A stretch of DNA of 57,862 nucleotides, the filler included, from Sluysia triapertura (lineage: Eukaryota): NCBI GenBank assembly GCA_046118255.1. It is 4 parts of 4 records of this genome, joined end to end, with 100 filler letters (N's around TTAATTAATTAA, not from the genome) between each part and the next. Parts side by side here need not be neighbours in the genome. Positions count along the whole stretch, not along the records: positions 1 to 19,451 come from JBJNIA010067621.1; positions 19,552 to 32,184 come from JBJNIA010093341.1; 2 more parts are not named here. One strand, given 5' to 3'. Below the pieces are notes generated by a model, which saw only the letters and a program-made list of their open reading frames with translations, ran no database searches and was not told the DNA's origin. Numbering within the stretch: the stretch's first letter is position 1; every line of letters starts with the position of its first letter. Positions 10,291 to 24,401 of the stretch are shown here, in pieces. Position numbers and translations under genes: made by a program.

Positions 10291-12459
10291 TACTATATCT
10301 ATTGCATCGATATGCTATTAAATAATTCTCCAGTTACAAATGCTTTCGTTCTGTATTTACTTGTGTCAATGTTTGTTTTTGTGTCGTAGTTGCTGTTCAA
10401 ATGTAAATTTTAAGTTTTTTAATCAACAATTGAAATCGATGATTGAAGCCATCTGATATCCACTTTAATTAAACAAACACTATGAAAGCATCAGTAAACA
10501 AAATCCATGAATTATATTATTCATATGTGATAAATGTTAAAAAATAAATATTTAAATTTAATAAAAATTAAACGTAATTTATTTTTACAAAATGTAATAT
10601 GAAACTACATTATAAATTATTATAATAAATAATGTAAAATAAATTATTATATTTTTAATTTATACCTCTTTCTAATAAACATTTAGTTTAAGTGCGCTAT
10701 ATGAATATAATTTTAAATTGGAACACTCTAAACTTTATACATAGAGTTCATTATTTGGTAATCCTATTTAAAATTCAAAGTTTGCATTGAATTATTTATT
10801 TTGTTTTAGTATATTAGTAATATTACTATTATAATATTAGTATTATTATTTTGGAAAATAAATTTATAAAAAAATATTTGGTGATAGCCTAAATTCTATC
10901 AGAATCTACAAACGTTAGTTTGTTTAACTATATTAACTATACTTTGGAAATAAGATCTTTTTTAACTTTTTTTATTTTTATTTGTTGTAAAATCTAACTT
11001 TTATTATTTTTATTGTCGCTGTTTCTATGAATTATTTTTATTAATTTATTATATCATTACTATAAGTTATTATTACATTTTTTCTATATCGTAAAACATT
11101 TTAAAAATATTTTTATTCTGTGTAATGAAATTTGAATCTATTGGTATATTTAAATATATTTCTCGTGCGAAGTGCTATGATAGAAGATAAAACTGTCCTT
11201 TGTAAACGATACAGCAAAAATATTCATGTCTTAAATATTAATAATTATATTAATAATAAATTATCACAAAGAGTTTACTTTACTTATACTACAAATTAAT
11301 TTATTACTTTAATAACCCCTTATTTCTATTAAATGTCTTAATTGATTTATTACAATTCTAAAATAAATAAAATCAAAAGATACAACTTTAATTATATTCA
11401 ACACAACTTATTACAATAATAGGGGAACAAATAATTCCAATTATTTTTTCTTTAATTATCTATTCTTACTATTAATAATCTAACATTAAAAACTGCCGTC
11501 ACCTAACAGTAGTTAAAATAAAATAAGATAAATGAATAAAATAGCAAATAATAAAAATGAAATTAAAACCAGGGATGACGTAAATATTAACTATTATTGA
11601 CGCTTTACTGTTAATTTATTGTTATTTTTATACTAAGATTTAGTTATGTTGTGTCACCTCTGGAATTGAGATTTATAATTGATGATATATTGATGATATA
11701 AAAATAGATAATCTTTTGCAAGACACATTAAAAAAATTAGGTAATGATTAATCAATTAAATATTTTTAAATAAGTAATAATAAAAAAATTACTTTTAACA
11801 CAAGTCCAAAAAATAAAATAAAAATCCAATAGATAATTAAAATTATAAAAATTGATCAATAAATGTTCATTAAATTATAAAAGTTTATTTATATAATTCA
11901 TCAATAATTGTATATACAGTAAATTAATGTTGGTAACTGATGGTGTGTCATTAATTGTATTTATTGATTGGTAAGTGTGTTGTTATCACAATAATAATAA
12001 TAATAATAGTAATAATAATAATATGCGAATAACCTGTTGTTGTTAGTAATTGAATATCTGAAAATAATTATCGAATTACTTGCAAAAAACACGTATGGTA
12101 TAAAATTAAACGCTGATATAAATAGAATTAAAATAATTTTTAAAAAACAAACAAAATAATTGTTTCTTAGAAATCATCGACATATCTTTAATAACATTTC
12201 TTGAAATAAACTACTGAAGAGTGATATTGATTGCTAACGACTTCTGGATTTTCGGTTCGTGTCATTTATTAACGGTTAACGAATTTTTTTAGATTGTTTA
12301 TCGTGACATGATAATTTTGTGGATCATTCTCTTTGGATTTAAAGGAGCTATTCTTAATAAATTTTTATCTCCTTTATGTGGAGATACAAAATCAACGTAC
12401 TCTAGTTTAAGCTAGAAATAATATCATTATATATCCAATAAACATTACCAATAAGATAT

Positions 12460-13260
12460 GTCTCTCACAGATCGCCACTAAAATAATTGAAACCAGCGCA
12501 CAAAAAGGTTACATGGACCTCTAACCTAAATATAATTAAACCCTCAATATTTTAATCCCAAATATGTAAGACAAGCTTCAAAACTAATAATATAAACCTA
12601 ATATAAACAACCACAAAGATAGCCGCATTGGTATGCACATCGAATGCGTCATTTGACATCTAAATATTACGTGGAGTGTCGACTTTAACAATAAAATCAA
12701 CACTTTCCACTATAAGCAGTATCATCTCGTCGATAGTTCTAGCAAAAGCTTATCATTAGATCCCAGTGCATTCATCAGAAGTACCGAACTTTTAAAGTAC
12801 ATGCGAATTTTGTTTTTCGTAATACCAACCAAGCCTTTCAAAGGCATATGGGTCAAACCTTGGCTGCCTTTTGCGGTTGCGCATGTCGACATCATTATAC
12901 AGTTGGCCGATTCAATATCTCACAGAGATAATCTGAAAGAAGCCATCCAAAGACTTGCGCACAATGATCTTAACCGAAAAAATTCTCATTTTTGCATTTC
13001 TTGGTAATAGTACTTCTGCTAAGCATCACAAAGGCATTAAGGAAATGAGAATTTTTCTTGGTGCGGTTAACTTTTGTATGTGTTTCCTACCCTGACTTCC
13101 TCAAATTTTAGCGCTTCCTACAGCTTTATCTTCCAGAAATAAATGCAACTTATCAAATGGACAGATACTTCACTACAGCTTTTCAAAATAATAAGAATCC
13201 CATTCCATTTTAGTTAAGTAGAGATACGTCAAACGCAGCAATCGATGCCGTCATAAAATT
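12460..13260 (+). mobile_element. Degenerate Ty3/gypsy pol remnant (RT and start of RNase H)
   Basis: VLAKAYH*IPVH (DLxKAYHQIPVH), RNTNQAFQRHM (RNAAQTFQRFM), LPFAVAHVDIII (LPFxxxYIDDIL), KEMRIFLGAVNF..FLP (KELRRFLGMVNFYRRFIP), IKWT, RDTSNAAIDAVI (TDASNxAIGAVL); many frameshifts and deletions. Confidence 0.88.
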
Positions 13261-13855
13261 TTGTTTCGTATTACGTCAGTTTAATTATTGTAAGGCACGA
13301 TATTAATAATAATGTCTACGAAAAATCTTACTCAAAATCTTTTGTTAAATATTTGGATATTATAGTAGATCCTGCGTAAAATCATTGATAAAAATTATTT
13401 GACTTCTTAAATTTGAACCGTTATAGAGTTAAAATACGTAAAATATTATTGTATTATATAATATTTATTTTTACCACGTTACTATTGTTTTATAATAAAT
13501 TATTAAAGGAGGTTCTTTATTATTCAATTTACATAGTTTTAATTTTCAAAATCCGTAGACAAAAATTGTTTTCAACAATTGGAATTTAAATCCAATTACG
13601 CAAAATATTTTAAGATTCCATTTCAAGGAATCTACGTAAAATCATTCACATAATATTATCATTATTAATTTTTAGATAAAATCTTATAAAATCATTGAGT
13701 ATCAAACTTACCTCCAGACGTCTTTAATTTAATATTTAGCGAAGCCTTTTGAGCATTTCTTTTAGCTTTATTTAAGAAATCTTTAATTCACAAAACCAAC
13801 GGCTGGCCCTAACCGGTAATCCCAGTACGTTGGTGAACTCACTTAAACTCTTGCT

Positions 13856-13906
13856 TTGTTCTATTATTAAATTACTCATAATTGTTCTATTATTAAATTA
13901 CTCATA
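13856..13906. repeat. 25-bp perfect direct duplication
   Basis: ttgttctattattaaattactcata at 13856-13880 and 13882-13906. Confidence 0.85.
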
Positions 13907-16900
13907 TAATTATTTCAATTAAAATTTTGGATTGCTTCGAAAGTGATTCTTATATTTTAACAATGAATTTTGACCCATGCATAATCGTTAAGATTTTAAG
14001 TATATATTAAAGCTAAAATATTATAGCTTGAACTTAATATAACAAAACTCAGGAATTCATGGAATAAAACGAAATCCAGATAAATAATATGTTGACTTTG
14101 TGCATAAAATCCTGTTACTGGAATTAGATGTAATTGTGATAAAATATTGCTTTCGCTAAAATCAGAATGAACGTAGATCCTCTGTAACCAAACAATCTTG
14201 TAAACATAGTCTTGTCGAAAATATTCTTGTAGAAAATATTTTTATGTAAAATGTTCTTGCGTTTTAGTTTTGCGAGATCTGTTTCTTTAATATCAATTTG
14301 AAATTGTCACGTTATTATTTTATTACAAATTTATCCGATAATATTCCATAAATACGCTTTTTTAAGTAATAAAACTGAAATTAAACGAATATAAATTGTA
14401 ATGAAATTCTCAAAGTTTTAATAATATTCATAAAATAAAACTGATATACAATTTTCGTTCTATAAATTGTTTAAATTTAATTTATTTATAATTAATAACT
14501 TAATTTATATATAACATTAATTAAATGATAACAACAATATTTACATATAAATTAAAGTAATTTAAAAAACAAAATTTAAATATTAATTACATAAATATAA
14601 AATATTAACATTAATTAAATGATGAAATATAATATTGATTTACATTCCTACAATTATAAATCCTGACAACCACAAAGCAACGATTTCTATCAGTGCCAGA
14701 CCAAAAGGAGTAATTAAAATAAGTCTAGTGAAAGTAGTTTTAATAATTGTATATTGTATAGTTTTAAGTTTAGATTACGGTTAAGTCCTATAGAAACAAT
14801 TGCTATGAATTAAGCTAAATTTTTATATTTTAAGCTAAAGTTTTGCTATTTTCGATTTTAAAGCTAATATTAAACCTATAAATTCGAAGACATTTTGTAA
14901 AATTAAATTTTTATTGCTATTAAATAATTATAAACAATTTTATAATTATTAATTCTATTCAACCAAATTTGAAAATTAATAATTAATTCATTACATAAGT
15001 TCAAAAAATATTTTTGTGAAATATAAAATAAAATATTTTCATTTATAAATATAAAAATTTTGTATATCTCTAATAATAATTTTAACTGATCCAAAACAGT
15101 TATGTAAAACTAACGTTGAAAATCATTTTACCATTTAAATTATATTAATTTTTCATCTCTGTGTTTAAATTCATCATTTTACGTCCATAAAACTATAACT
15201 CTTAAAGTATATCCCGATATCCCTAATATATTCCTCATAAAACAAATAAAACAATCATAAAATTATCTTATCATTAAAAACAATACACTTAAAAAAGAGT
15301 ATTGACATTTCCTATTATTACTAAAAATATTTCCAACAAATAGAAAATGTATTTTATGTTGCACAACTTTTAAGATTGATTTTTTATTTATTTAATATTG
15401 ATTCAGGTGGTAGTCATTAGAATTGTGGTCAAAATCATTTGTTTTAAAACATTTGCTGTATTATAAATAACTGTTGTTATTTTTATCAGTGTTGTTAGCA
15501 ATATTAAAACAAAATAAAGATTAAATTTAATCAACATTATTATTTATTCGGTGCTATCATTTATTAAATATTGCAGTTCAGAGCCTTTAGATTGTATACA
15601 TAGTTAATGTTTTATTTATAGGTGATGTTTTATTTTTTGATTTGTTTAAACTAAATTGGCGGTATTTTCAATTGATTTTTTCAGTTTTATCTAATAAAAA
15701 TATGTTTAATTTTTAAAATTCCATTATTTTAATTTAACTGTATTTTAGTTTTTATTTGTTTTTCCAAATTTTATTAAATTTAAATTGTAAAACAATTTAA
15801 AAAAATTAATTTTTCTAGTAGAAATGCTACGACGATTGTACTGGAAAAAACACTTGCACACTAATTTATGCTTTTGGAGAAGTTATCAAAAAAACCTTGT
15901 AACTACATTTGTGATAAAATATGTATATATTATGTTACTATAATAATTATGTGCTATTCTTTTATTTAAACAATATCTAAATTTTATTTTGATGCTTAAA
16001 GCGGTTTTTTAATCATTGTATAAAATTTTTTAGATAAATATGACTAAAATGATGAAATTTGTTAAAGTATAAAAAATAATTTCTATCTAAATTGGAAGTG
16101 AAGGATTAAAGGTATTCATCTTATATCTATGAATGACGAGAAACCAAGCCAGATTTGGTAATGTCCGTATAAAGTCGGGGTCTCGCCGATTATTATTCTT
16201 CTAATTCATCACAATGAAAACTAATAAAACTCAATGAGTTAAATTTTATATTTATGAAAATCACTGTTTTACGTTCTTAGAATCCTACGGGCTACGACGA
16301 CTAACATGTTGCTTTTACTACCCAGTTACATTGTATTTGTCTCTCAGATGATACACTTCGTGTTCGTACTGCATGCTAGCAAGCTAATTAAACAAATGAA
16401 TATTACAAATCTGCTACTTACCACAGAAAATTATGTTAAAAATAAAAAAAATATTGCGATATTATTTTTATTCTGTGTGAAAATTTTTGTTGATACTTCT
16501 TCCTCCTTCAGAGTTGTCCCGCTTTGCCCATCTAAAAATCTGGTCACCTTATGGAATTCACCAATTTATTTTTGCAAAAATGAATATAAATAAGTGTAAT
16601 TTGGTTTAATAATATATTTTATTCAATTTTAATATGACTTTGGATAACTGGATAATAAAGAAATAAATGTGTTACTAGATTTTTTAATAAATTTTATTAT
16701 TTTTTTCCTCGAAAAGATGCCGTTTTCTAGTCTCGTTTTTGGAGAATATTTCTTTAAATTTTTGTAAGTATTAGATTTTACTGGTATTAAAAATTCAAAG
16801 TACATTATTATTCCCCTTTTGTATCATTACTTTTTATGAAGATATATGGCTCTTATATATTTTAAAAATTAATTATAATGTATCTATTAAGTTTAACTAT

Positions 16901-17269
16901 TTTCATATCTACCACTCTTTTCTTTTCTAATTTATAATGTTTGGACCATTTAAAATTTTGAAATAAAATGAATGTGGTGCGTTCAATAAGTAGAAAAAGA
17001 AGAATATTAAAACAATGTTAAATAATATGTAATAAATATTATCTGTTTCTTAAGATAAACTTTACGTGTATTTTGTTTTATTTTACTTGTTTTATTACAA
17101 TTATTGTGAATACAATAAGATACAGTTGGTACACTATTAGTCACATTGGTTTATAATTAGTCTCTATATCCTTAGTTACAAACTCGTCTTCGATGATAGT
17201 TATTTTAGTAGTTAAAATAAGTTAGACTCAAATACCATTACACAGAAACAATTTAAACTGTTTAATATA

Positions 17270-17800
17270 TTAAGGAACTATTACAGATCTATCATCCTTA
17301 CATTTTTGAATTACTAATGGTATTGCTGTTACTACATGTTTTTCAAAAAACAGCTGTTTCATCCATCAGTACAATTTTTGTATATTCAAGTGTACATATA
17401 TCATATAATTTACAACACGTTTAATCAATTCTTCATCAAACAAAATAATTAAAGCTATTAATTAAATTAACTGATTAAAATAATTAAAGTAAATCCATTT
17501 CTTTTCATAAATCCTGTAATCTAACTTCCGGTTGCTTTAATTCAATCTCACATTCATTTGCTAAAGAAATAGTTCTATCGTGATTGAATCCTCGTGTAAT
17601 CTTTTTTGTATTCTAAAATCTATTTGTTCAAACTAATTTTTCCACTATCGGCTATCCATTTCATAGTGGAAGATTGTTCTTTGTATCTTAACTCTGTTTT
17701 TATACCACTGCTTAAACATTGATTGATCATATATATTTTTGTTTTTAGCTTCAAAATATTGCTTTGCAGCATAAAATGATTTTCCTTTTTACATGAATTC
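17270..17800 (-). mobile_element. pogo/Tigger-like (Tc1/mariner superfamily) transposase remnant
   Basis: GKSFYAAKQYF..SMFKQWYKN (N-terminal HTH), KATGS*ITGFMKRNGFTL (CENP-B HTH FKASxGWxxxFxKRH), KIVLMDETAVF (first Asp of the DDE/D triad, NxDET). Confidence 0.75.
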
Positions 17801-19451
17801 GACGTCTTAATTTTTTAATTTAAAATTGTGTTTCAAATAATTGATTATTTAAAAATTAAGAAAAACATTGATGAAGACATTTGATATATTTATTTTGTGC
17901 GACTTTATGATTCTCATTTATATATTTTTTAAATAAATTTTTAAATATTCGTATTAATGTAATCTGTTTGGGTATATGGTATAGTATTTTTAATTATAAT
18001 GGTGATATTATTTAAATATTATCACCAAAACATAATAAATTATTTAAATAGCAATATACGTTATTATTATTATTATTATTAAAGATTATTGTTGTAGTAA
18101 TCTTATTAAACTTATTCTTTACTAATTCCTCTTAAATTCAACTTTATAATCTATCTCTTAATTATGAAATCTGTCTCAATGTTTTGTTTAATATTTAATG
18201 ATTTTAAAACTTTAATATAAACAGTCTCTATCTAAAAAATCTTAGTTCTAATTCATCTCCGATGTAAAAGATGGAAATGCAAATCAAATTTAGATTCTCT
18301 TTTGATCTCAAAATAAAAATAAAACTAAGTTAATTAAATTTTCTATTACAATAAACAATGACAAGTCTAATAAAAATACCATGTGTAATGCTTTAAGGGA
18401 AAATAAAACATTTTATAAAACTCGATTTTATAAGATATTTTAAAGACGTTACTAATTTTAAAGTCTTCCTGAATAATAATTTCACAAAATCTTCAATAAA
18501 CGAAAATTGTAATTCAAAGTTGTTAAGTCATTGAAGTGAAAAATACCTCCATATAGTATTTTACACGGATACCACATAATAGTCAAAAAATTTATTTGAT
18601 TATATTTTATAATTTCTTAATTACATTTTCTCTATAAGTAATTTCGTCTTTTGCCTTCCTGGGGTCAATTTTCTCCGTAACAGTTAATTATGTGCTATAA
18701 TATAGTTCCAGCTGTATTTTCATCCTTTTTATTTATTTGGTATTTTCTATATTGTAATTATGCTTTAGTAAATTAATATCAGCCTTAATTTTATTCTATA
18801 ATATAATGCTTTACAGTAAATTTTCATTCACATTAATTTTCTTCTATAATATATATCTGTCTTAGTATTAGTTTTTCAATTTTACGGTGTTTTTTTCTTA
18901 TTCTTTGCAGCTCCTTTCTTGGCCAATTAAGTGTGATAAGTTTTATTCTTCCATCTTAATTTCTTTTATTATTTTTGACTTGTTTCCTTTTTATTTTCAA
19001 AATTTCAAGTTTTGTTCAAGTGAATTTTATTTTATTTATTCATTTATATCTTTAATATATTTGAATTTATTTTATATTATTACATTTTATTGGATTTATT
19101 ATTTTTATTACTATTTTTTATTATTATTAATACTTAAGTACCATTAATGTTTCATTTTTATGACTGCTTTACTATAAATCAAATATTTCAATAAATTTAA
19201 TCTTGGAGTAATCTGGTGAAATATATGCAACAAAATGTTCATAATATTTTCATGTAATCATAATATTTTCATTTAATATAAAATTAAAATTAAATTTATT
19301 TTAAATTAAATGGAAATTATTATTATTTCATTATTATTATTACTTTTATTATTATTATTACTATTATTATTACTGTTATACTACTATTATTACTATTATT
19401 ATTTGTACTATTACTAATATATAATTATTATTTCTATTATGCCTGTCAATA

Positions 19452-19551
19452 NNNNNNNNNNNNNNNNNNNNNNNNNNNNNNNNNNNNNNNNNNNNTTAAT
19501 TAATTAANNNNNNNNNNNNNNNNNNNNNNNNNNNNNNNNNNNNNNNNNNNN
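19452..19551. other. Artificial contig linker
   Basis: N44-TTAATTAATTAA-N44; the 12-mer has stops in all six frames. Confidence 0.95.
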
Positions 19552-19684
19552 ATATATATGTATATAGTACAAATTATAAACCAATTAAAAAAAGATAAAT
19601 ATAAATTTTCAGAAAATCATTTAGAAATAATTCAAGAAAAGCAAAGAAAAGTTGTACGACAAAATTTTAAAACATTAATCCAAC

Positions 19685-19968
19685 CTGGAAACTTCCCCAA
19701 ACACTTTCTGCTACAACAGTTGGATAAAAATGACTTGTCATAGCATATTCTTGCTGTAAAAACACTAATAAACTGTCCAATTTGATTTGAAAAGAATCGA
19801 CCGAAAATTCGAATTTTCTTCTCATTCGATGCACTAACTTTAATTCCACTATACGACTATTGCCATAGCTACTACCGAAAGAAATCAGTGACCACAAATC
19901 ACCATTCGAAGAATCACTAATGCATACTTGTTTATGTATGTAGCTTTCCGATATTAAATTCGAAGAAG
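19685..19968 (-). CDS. TENT5: TENT5/FAM46 terminal nucleotidyltransferase, third observed exon
   Basis: Acceptor ttattttcag, donor CAG|GTTGGA. ISESYIHKQVCISDSSNGDLWSLISF..VELKLVHRMRRKFEFSVDSFQIKLDSLLVF..MTSHFYPTVVAESVWGSF matches FAM46 EAYVQKMVKV..DRWSLISL..VELKFVDSxRRQFEFSVDSFQIxLDSLL..FxPTVxGESxYGDF. Confidence 0.93.
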
Positions 19969-20629
19969 CTGAAAATAATGATACATTTTTAATGAATATT
20001 GTATTATATATTAATTAAAGTATAATTATATTTCTTCTATAATATCTTAAGTTCATCATCGTTTATCCAGGTACAGTATAAAGTTATTTTTAGTAACAGA
20101 TATTGTGATTCGTCATGCGTGACTACTAACTTGTATCTTATAAACCATATACGTTCATTATACATATTTCTCATTGTTGAAACTTAACAGTGAACAAGGA
20201 TCAACGTTCAACTTGATTATTATATCTTGATCATTAATATCTTTAACTTTAGATATGATAGCTTCTATCTAATTCCATAGAATATCTACTGGTAAACATT
20301 TATATCAAGAAAAATAATCATAAATATATTGTTTTTAATATTGAACTTATATTTTCCATGTTTTTGTCATGACAACCCTCTAAAATTATGCAAAATGCTA
20401 TTAATAGTCTTTTAAAAAAGAAAATTCGCTTCTAAAAATAGAATAGAACATTCCATCGATTCCCATTGGCTGATAACTAGTACATAAACTAGTATTAGTT
20501 TATTGAGAATTGCCATTTTTAAAATTTCTATCGATTTTCGCTTACACAGGATTATTCGAGTTTCATATCTATTCAGAACTTGCTTTATCCTAAAATGCCA
20601 TTTGGAATAATTGACTGTAGTAATCTAAA

Positions 20630-20732
20630 AATTGTTATACGGGGCTGCTAGCTCAGTGATAGAGCATCTAACTGCGCATTAAGAGGTCCCGGGTCGATCA
20701 TTGGTCAGTCCATTTTATGAAGTCTAACAATT
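20630..20732 (+). repeat. tRNA-derived (Cys-like) short repeat or tRNA pseudogene, copy 1, enclosed by an 11-bp inverted repeat
   Basis: GGGCTGCTAGCTCAGTGATAGAGCATCTAACTGCGCATTAAGAGGTCCCGGGTCGATC..CAGTCCA has an A box, a degenerate B box and resembles tRNA-Cys (AGAGCATTTGACTGCAGATCAAGAGGTCCC). Stems are broken. Flanks are AATTGTTATAC and GTCTAACAATT. Confidence 0.75.
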
Positions 20733-20861
20733 GATGAGCCCACATATCGAATGTTGAATTAAATGATTTACAAAATGTTTGATGACAAACATAATTGATT
20801 TGGGTGAGATATGTTAGGATACAGGCCTAAGGTGCCGTAGTGTAATGGAGTATAATGATAT

Positions 20862-20943
20862 AAAAATTGTTAGATAGCTCAGTGGGCAGAACATCTGATT
20901 GAGCAGCGAGAGGTTCCGTCAGTCCATTTTATCAAGTCTAACA
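20862..20943 (+). repeat. tRNA-derived short repeat, copy 2 (internally deleted)
   Basis: aaaaattgttagatagctcagtgggcagaacatctga..gaggttccgtcagtccattttatcaagtctaaca shares both flanks with copy 1. Confidence 0.7.
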
Positions 20944-22359
20944 CAAGGACCCTCAATAAATTGTAGTAATAGCCATTAGATTGATTGTTGGAATCAGAAT
21001 TTTAATAATTTATTGCTAATTATTAACTTATCAAGTTACGTCGTTTACTGTAATCAAAAATATTGTGCCGTAGGTTAAGTGTTAGAATTATGATAATTTT
21101 ACGACGAATGCCAAGGTCAATTTATTTTGAAATGATATAATTATCTATTCTTTGATAAATTCCAGTAAACTGTTTAGTAAGTTATTTAAATATTGTCACT
21201 TTGATATCAATAGAAAACGATAACAAAACAATCTTTATTTCTTATTCACGCATATTATTAGACTGTCACTCGTAAAGGTTGCATTTAATATTTGATAAAG
21301 TTTATTATAATTTATTTATTGAAATTCTCGTTTTTCAAATGTTGTAACTTATTTTCTAATATTATTGTGGTTTTAATAATCATAATCATAATCATAATCA
21401 TAATGATAATACTGATAATAATATAATCATAGTCATAATAATGATAATATAATAATATAGTCATAATAATAATATAATAATAATGATAATTATATAACTA
21501 TAATCATAAAAAAATAATTGAAACTTTTATTTTCAGTAAAAGCACGCTTTGTTAAATTTATAACTAAATATTGACTTTACAACTTCAACATCGCAACAGA
21601 AAAAGCATTGTTTATAAACATATTGTTAAATAAAATTTGAATAGTGTTTTACAAATTAAAATCATTTTTAAAATTCAAAAAATGCAAAATAGAAAACACA
21701 AATAAAATGTAGGAAATGTGGCAAAAGAATCTGGCACACTTAATTTGGCACCGTAGAAATAAAAGTCACGTGTGCATACGTAAATAGAACAAAGAGTTTA
21801 GACTATTTTTCTTAAAGTATGTCCATAGAAATAATAATAAATATAATTTATATGGTCGAGCTTTATTACAACCTTTACCGTATATAATGTCTTCGAATGG
21901 ATTTATGATGTAAATAAATTAAATTAATTAATTGTAATACTGTAAAATAGACTCTTTTTCGAAGTAGACTTGATTATTCCATATTATTATTATTAAGTCA
22001 TTAATCTCAATCAATCTTAATTATATAGTGTAGTACACTGGCGTATCCTATAATTAGGAGCAATTGTTTGTAAAATTCATAGAACAGTTAAATTTAATCA
22101 AACTTGTATTTTTAAAAAATATATTGATTATAATTCAAATAAGCGTAGTCAAGCAACAACAAAAGTTTATGATAAAACTGTAGACAATTTAAAACGATGT
22201 ATTAATGTAAGATTTTGTCATACTGCTTAAAGCTTAATTATGTAGGCAAGTAAAGCCAATATGATTCGAGATATTCCAAGTTATGTAAGAATGTATCAAT
22301 TATACAATATGAAAAATTAGAAAAATATTGTCAGCAATTTAATTGTAAGTTTGAAATTA

Positions 22360-22720
22360 TGACTGGTCTTTTAGCAATTATGTTGGGATTTGAGGAAAGA
22401 TTTTTTGATACATTTCAATTGGATAATCTTGAGTTTTGTGACTTGACTTTTTTATTGATCCATTTGCATGCTATTCATGAAGACAAAATCAGTTAGAAAT
22501 TTTGTCTCATTTCGTGATGTATTTGTTGTGAGATTTGAAGAAACTGTTGACATAACTTTTTTTAAAATTATTTGATGCTGTTGCCTCAAGCAAATAAACA
22601 TAATTTGCATATCTGAAACTAAAATTATCACTCACTTTCAAAAAATCTTTTGAGAATAGCATCATGTTCAAGGTTATTAATTTTCGTAGAAAAAAGGTTC
22701 TTAGCTGTTAAGTAGAATGT
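22360..22720 (+). mobile_element. hAT (Buster/SPIN/Charlie-like) transposase C-terminal remnant in a TENT5 intron
   Basis: LGFEERFFD..FIDPF (LxxEFxxRFxD..FxxPF) and NYHSLSKNLLRIAS..EKRFLAVK (KYPNLxxxALKIxS..CExxFSxMK), with stops and frameshifts. Confidence 0.5.
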
Positions 22721-23826
22721 TATATTTTTAATGCATTAATCCACTAGTAAACACTGTGTTCATTATGGTCCGTTTTTATTAATGGAAATATTTTTGATGG
22801 CTATAGCGGCGTCATTTGCTTTCAGGTTGACACAAATTGGCGGCAACGTATTAAAGAAGAACGAGCTATTCTTTTTTATACAAATACAATGGATTACAAG
22901 ATGAGTTTATAGTCTTTTATAATGGTGGCAATTTACTGACTCTAGTTTCACATTGTGTTAGCTGAATCCAATTGGTGGAACTCTTGATTGCATGCCAACA
23001 GAAATATGGTTGGTGGTCACTGAGTGCCATGGTTTATGATGAAGATCTTTCCAAAGCATATTGACAAGTTATGAATCGTCGAAAATGTTTTAAAATTCTT
23101 GATATTTAAAATGGAATTTTAAATCACACTGTTTGTTATAATGGGAGAAAGAATTTTTCCAATTATAGAAATCTTTAAAAACATTGTTTGGGGAAGTGAG
23201 ACAAATAATGAAATGAAACCACTTTTAGTTTGTGGTCCTAGTGACGAAAGGGGTACATAATAATGGTCATAAGAGAAACCAAGAGAAACACATAGTGGAA
23301 CCAACGGTTAGTTGAAGTTCGATGATTTTGAAATAAGTTTCGATAAATGTTAAATTTAAGTATAGCAATTTTGAAAACATAAATAAAAATGCCCTGAAAT
23401 CGTAACCTTCGAATGATATCCATTATTTCTTGTGTATATAAGTTTGTATGATGATAATGAGGATTTCGTCGAGGATTTACACAGTGTATGTTAGATACAA
23501 TCATTTTTGAACGGAGGTAATATTATTTATTCTGCTTATTACACTATTTTTCAAAATTATTGATAACCTTTTTAACTGATTGAATATAGCTTTAAAATAA
23601 AATAATTAAACTTATAAATTTCTTATTAAAAATAGCGTTTTCCGTAATAAGAATGATCCGATTTAAGAATGAAATGGAACTCTACAAAGACTTTATGAAC
23701 TTAATCGAAATTAGACAACAATTTTTTAAAGTAATCAATCAAAACAATTAATTACACAAATTCTTTGCTCTGAAGAAAAAGCAAATTCAGGAATATATAA
23801 TTGGAAATGTGAATGTATTCCGTAAT

Positions 23827-24179
23827 NNNNNNNNNNNNNNNNNNNNNNNNNNNNNNNNNNNNNNNNNNNNNNNNNNNNNNNNNNNNNNNNNNNNNNNNNN
23901 NNNNNNNNNNNNNNNNNNNNNNNNNNNNNNNNNNNNNNNNNNNNNNNNNNNNNNNNNNNNNNNNNNNNNNNNNNNNNNNNNNNNNNNNNNNNNNNNNNNN
24001 NNNNNNNNNNNNNNNNNNNNNNNNNNNNNNNNNNNNNNNNNNNNNNNNNNNNNNNNNNNNNNNNNNNNNNNNNNNNNNNNNNNNNNNNNNNNNNNNNNNN
24101 NNNNNNNNNNNNNNNNNNNNNNNNNNNNNNNNNNNNNNNNNNNNNNNNNNNNNNNNNNNNNNNNNNNNNNNNNNNNNNN
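23827..24179. other. Assembly gap hiding the end of TENT5 exon 2
   Basis: Run of N. Confidence 0.98.
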
Positions 24180-24401
24180 TAGAAATAAATTGTGGCAAAG
24201 ACGATGACATGATAGTATAATTATGAGTCGATGATGATAATTTGTGATATTGTTGAAAATATTGTAATTTCGGACTACATTTGATAATAGAATTTAATAT
24301 AACATTACGAATGTTTCTTAAATTATCCGGATCGGATTGATTTTGATGATGGTTTAATGAAATTATTAAATCTAAATCACTATACGGTGTATCATCTGAA
24401 C
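24180..24401 (-). CDS. TENT5: TENT5/FAM46 exon 2 (3' end lies in the gap)
   Basis: Acceptor tttttatttcag. The phase-1 join with exon 1 gives G|GT. Translates GSDDTPYSDLDLIISL..LRNIRNVILNSI.., containing the catalytic DLD motif. Confidence 0.9.

Noticed and set aside
20642-20712. Functional tRNA gene
   Set aside because: D-loop GG and T-loop TTC are mutated, T and anticodon stems are mispaired, and related degenerate copies share flanks.
23752-24220. ORFs spanning N runs (also 37716-38014)
   Set aside because: Gap artefacts; only the minus-strand part at 24180-24210 belongs to TENT5 exon 2.
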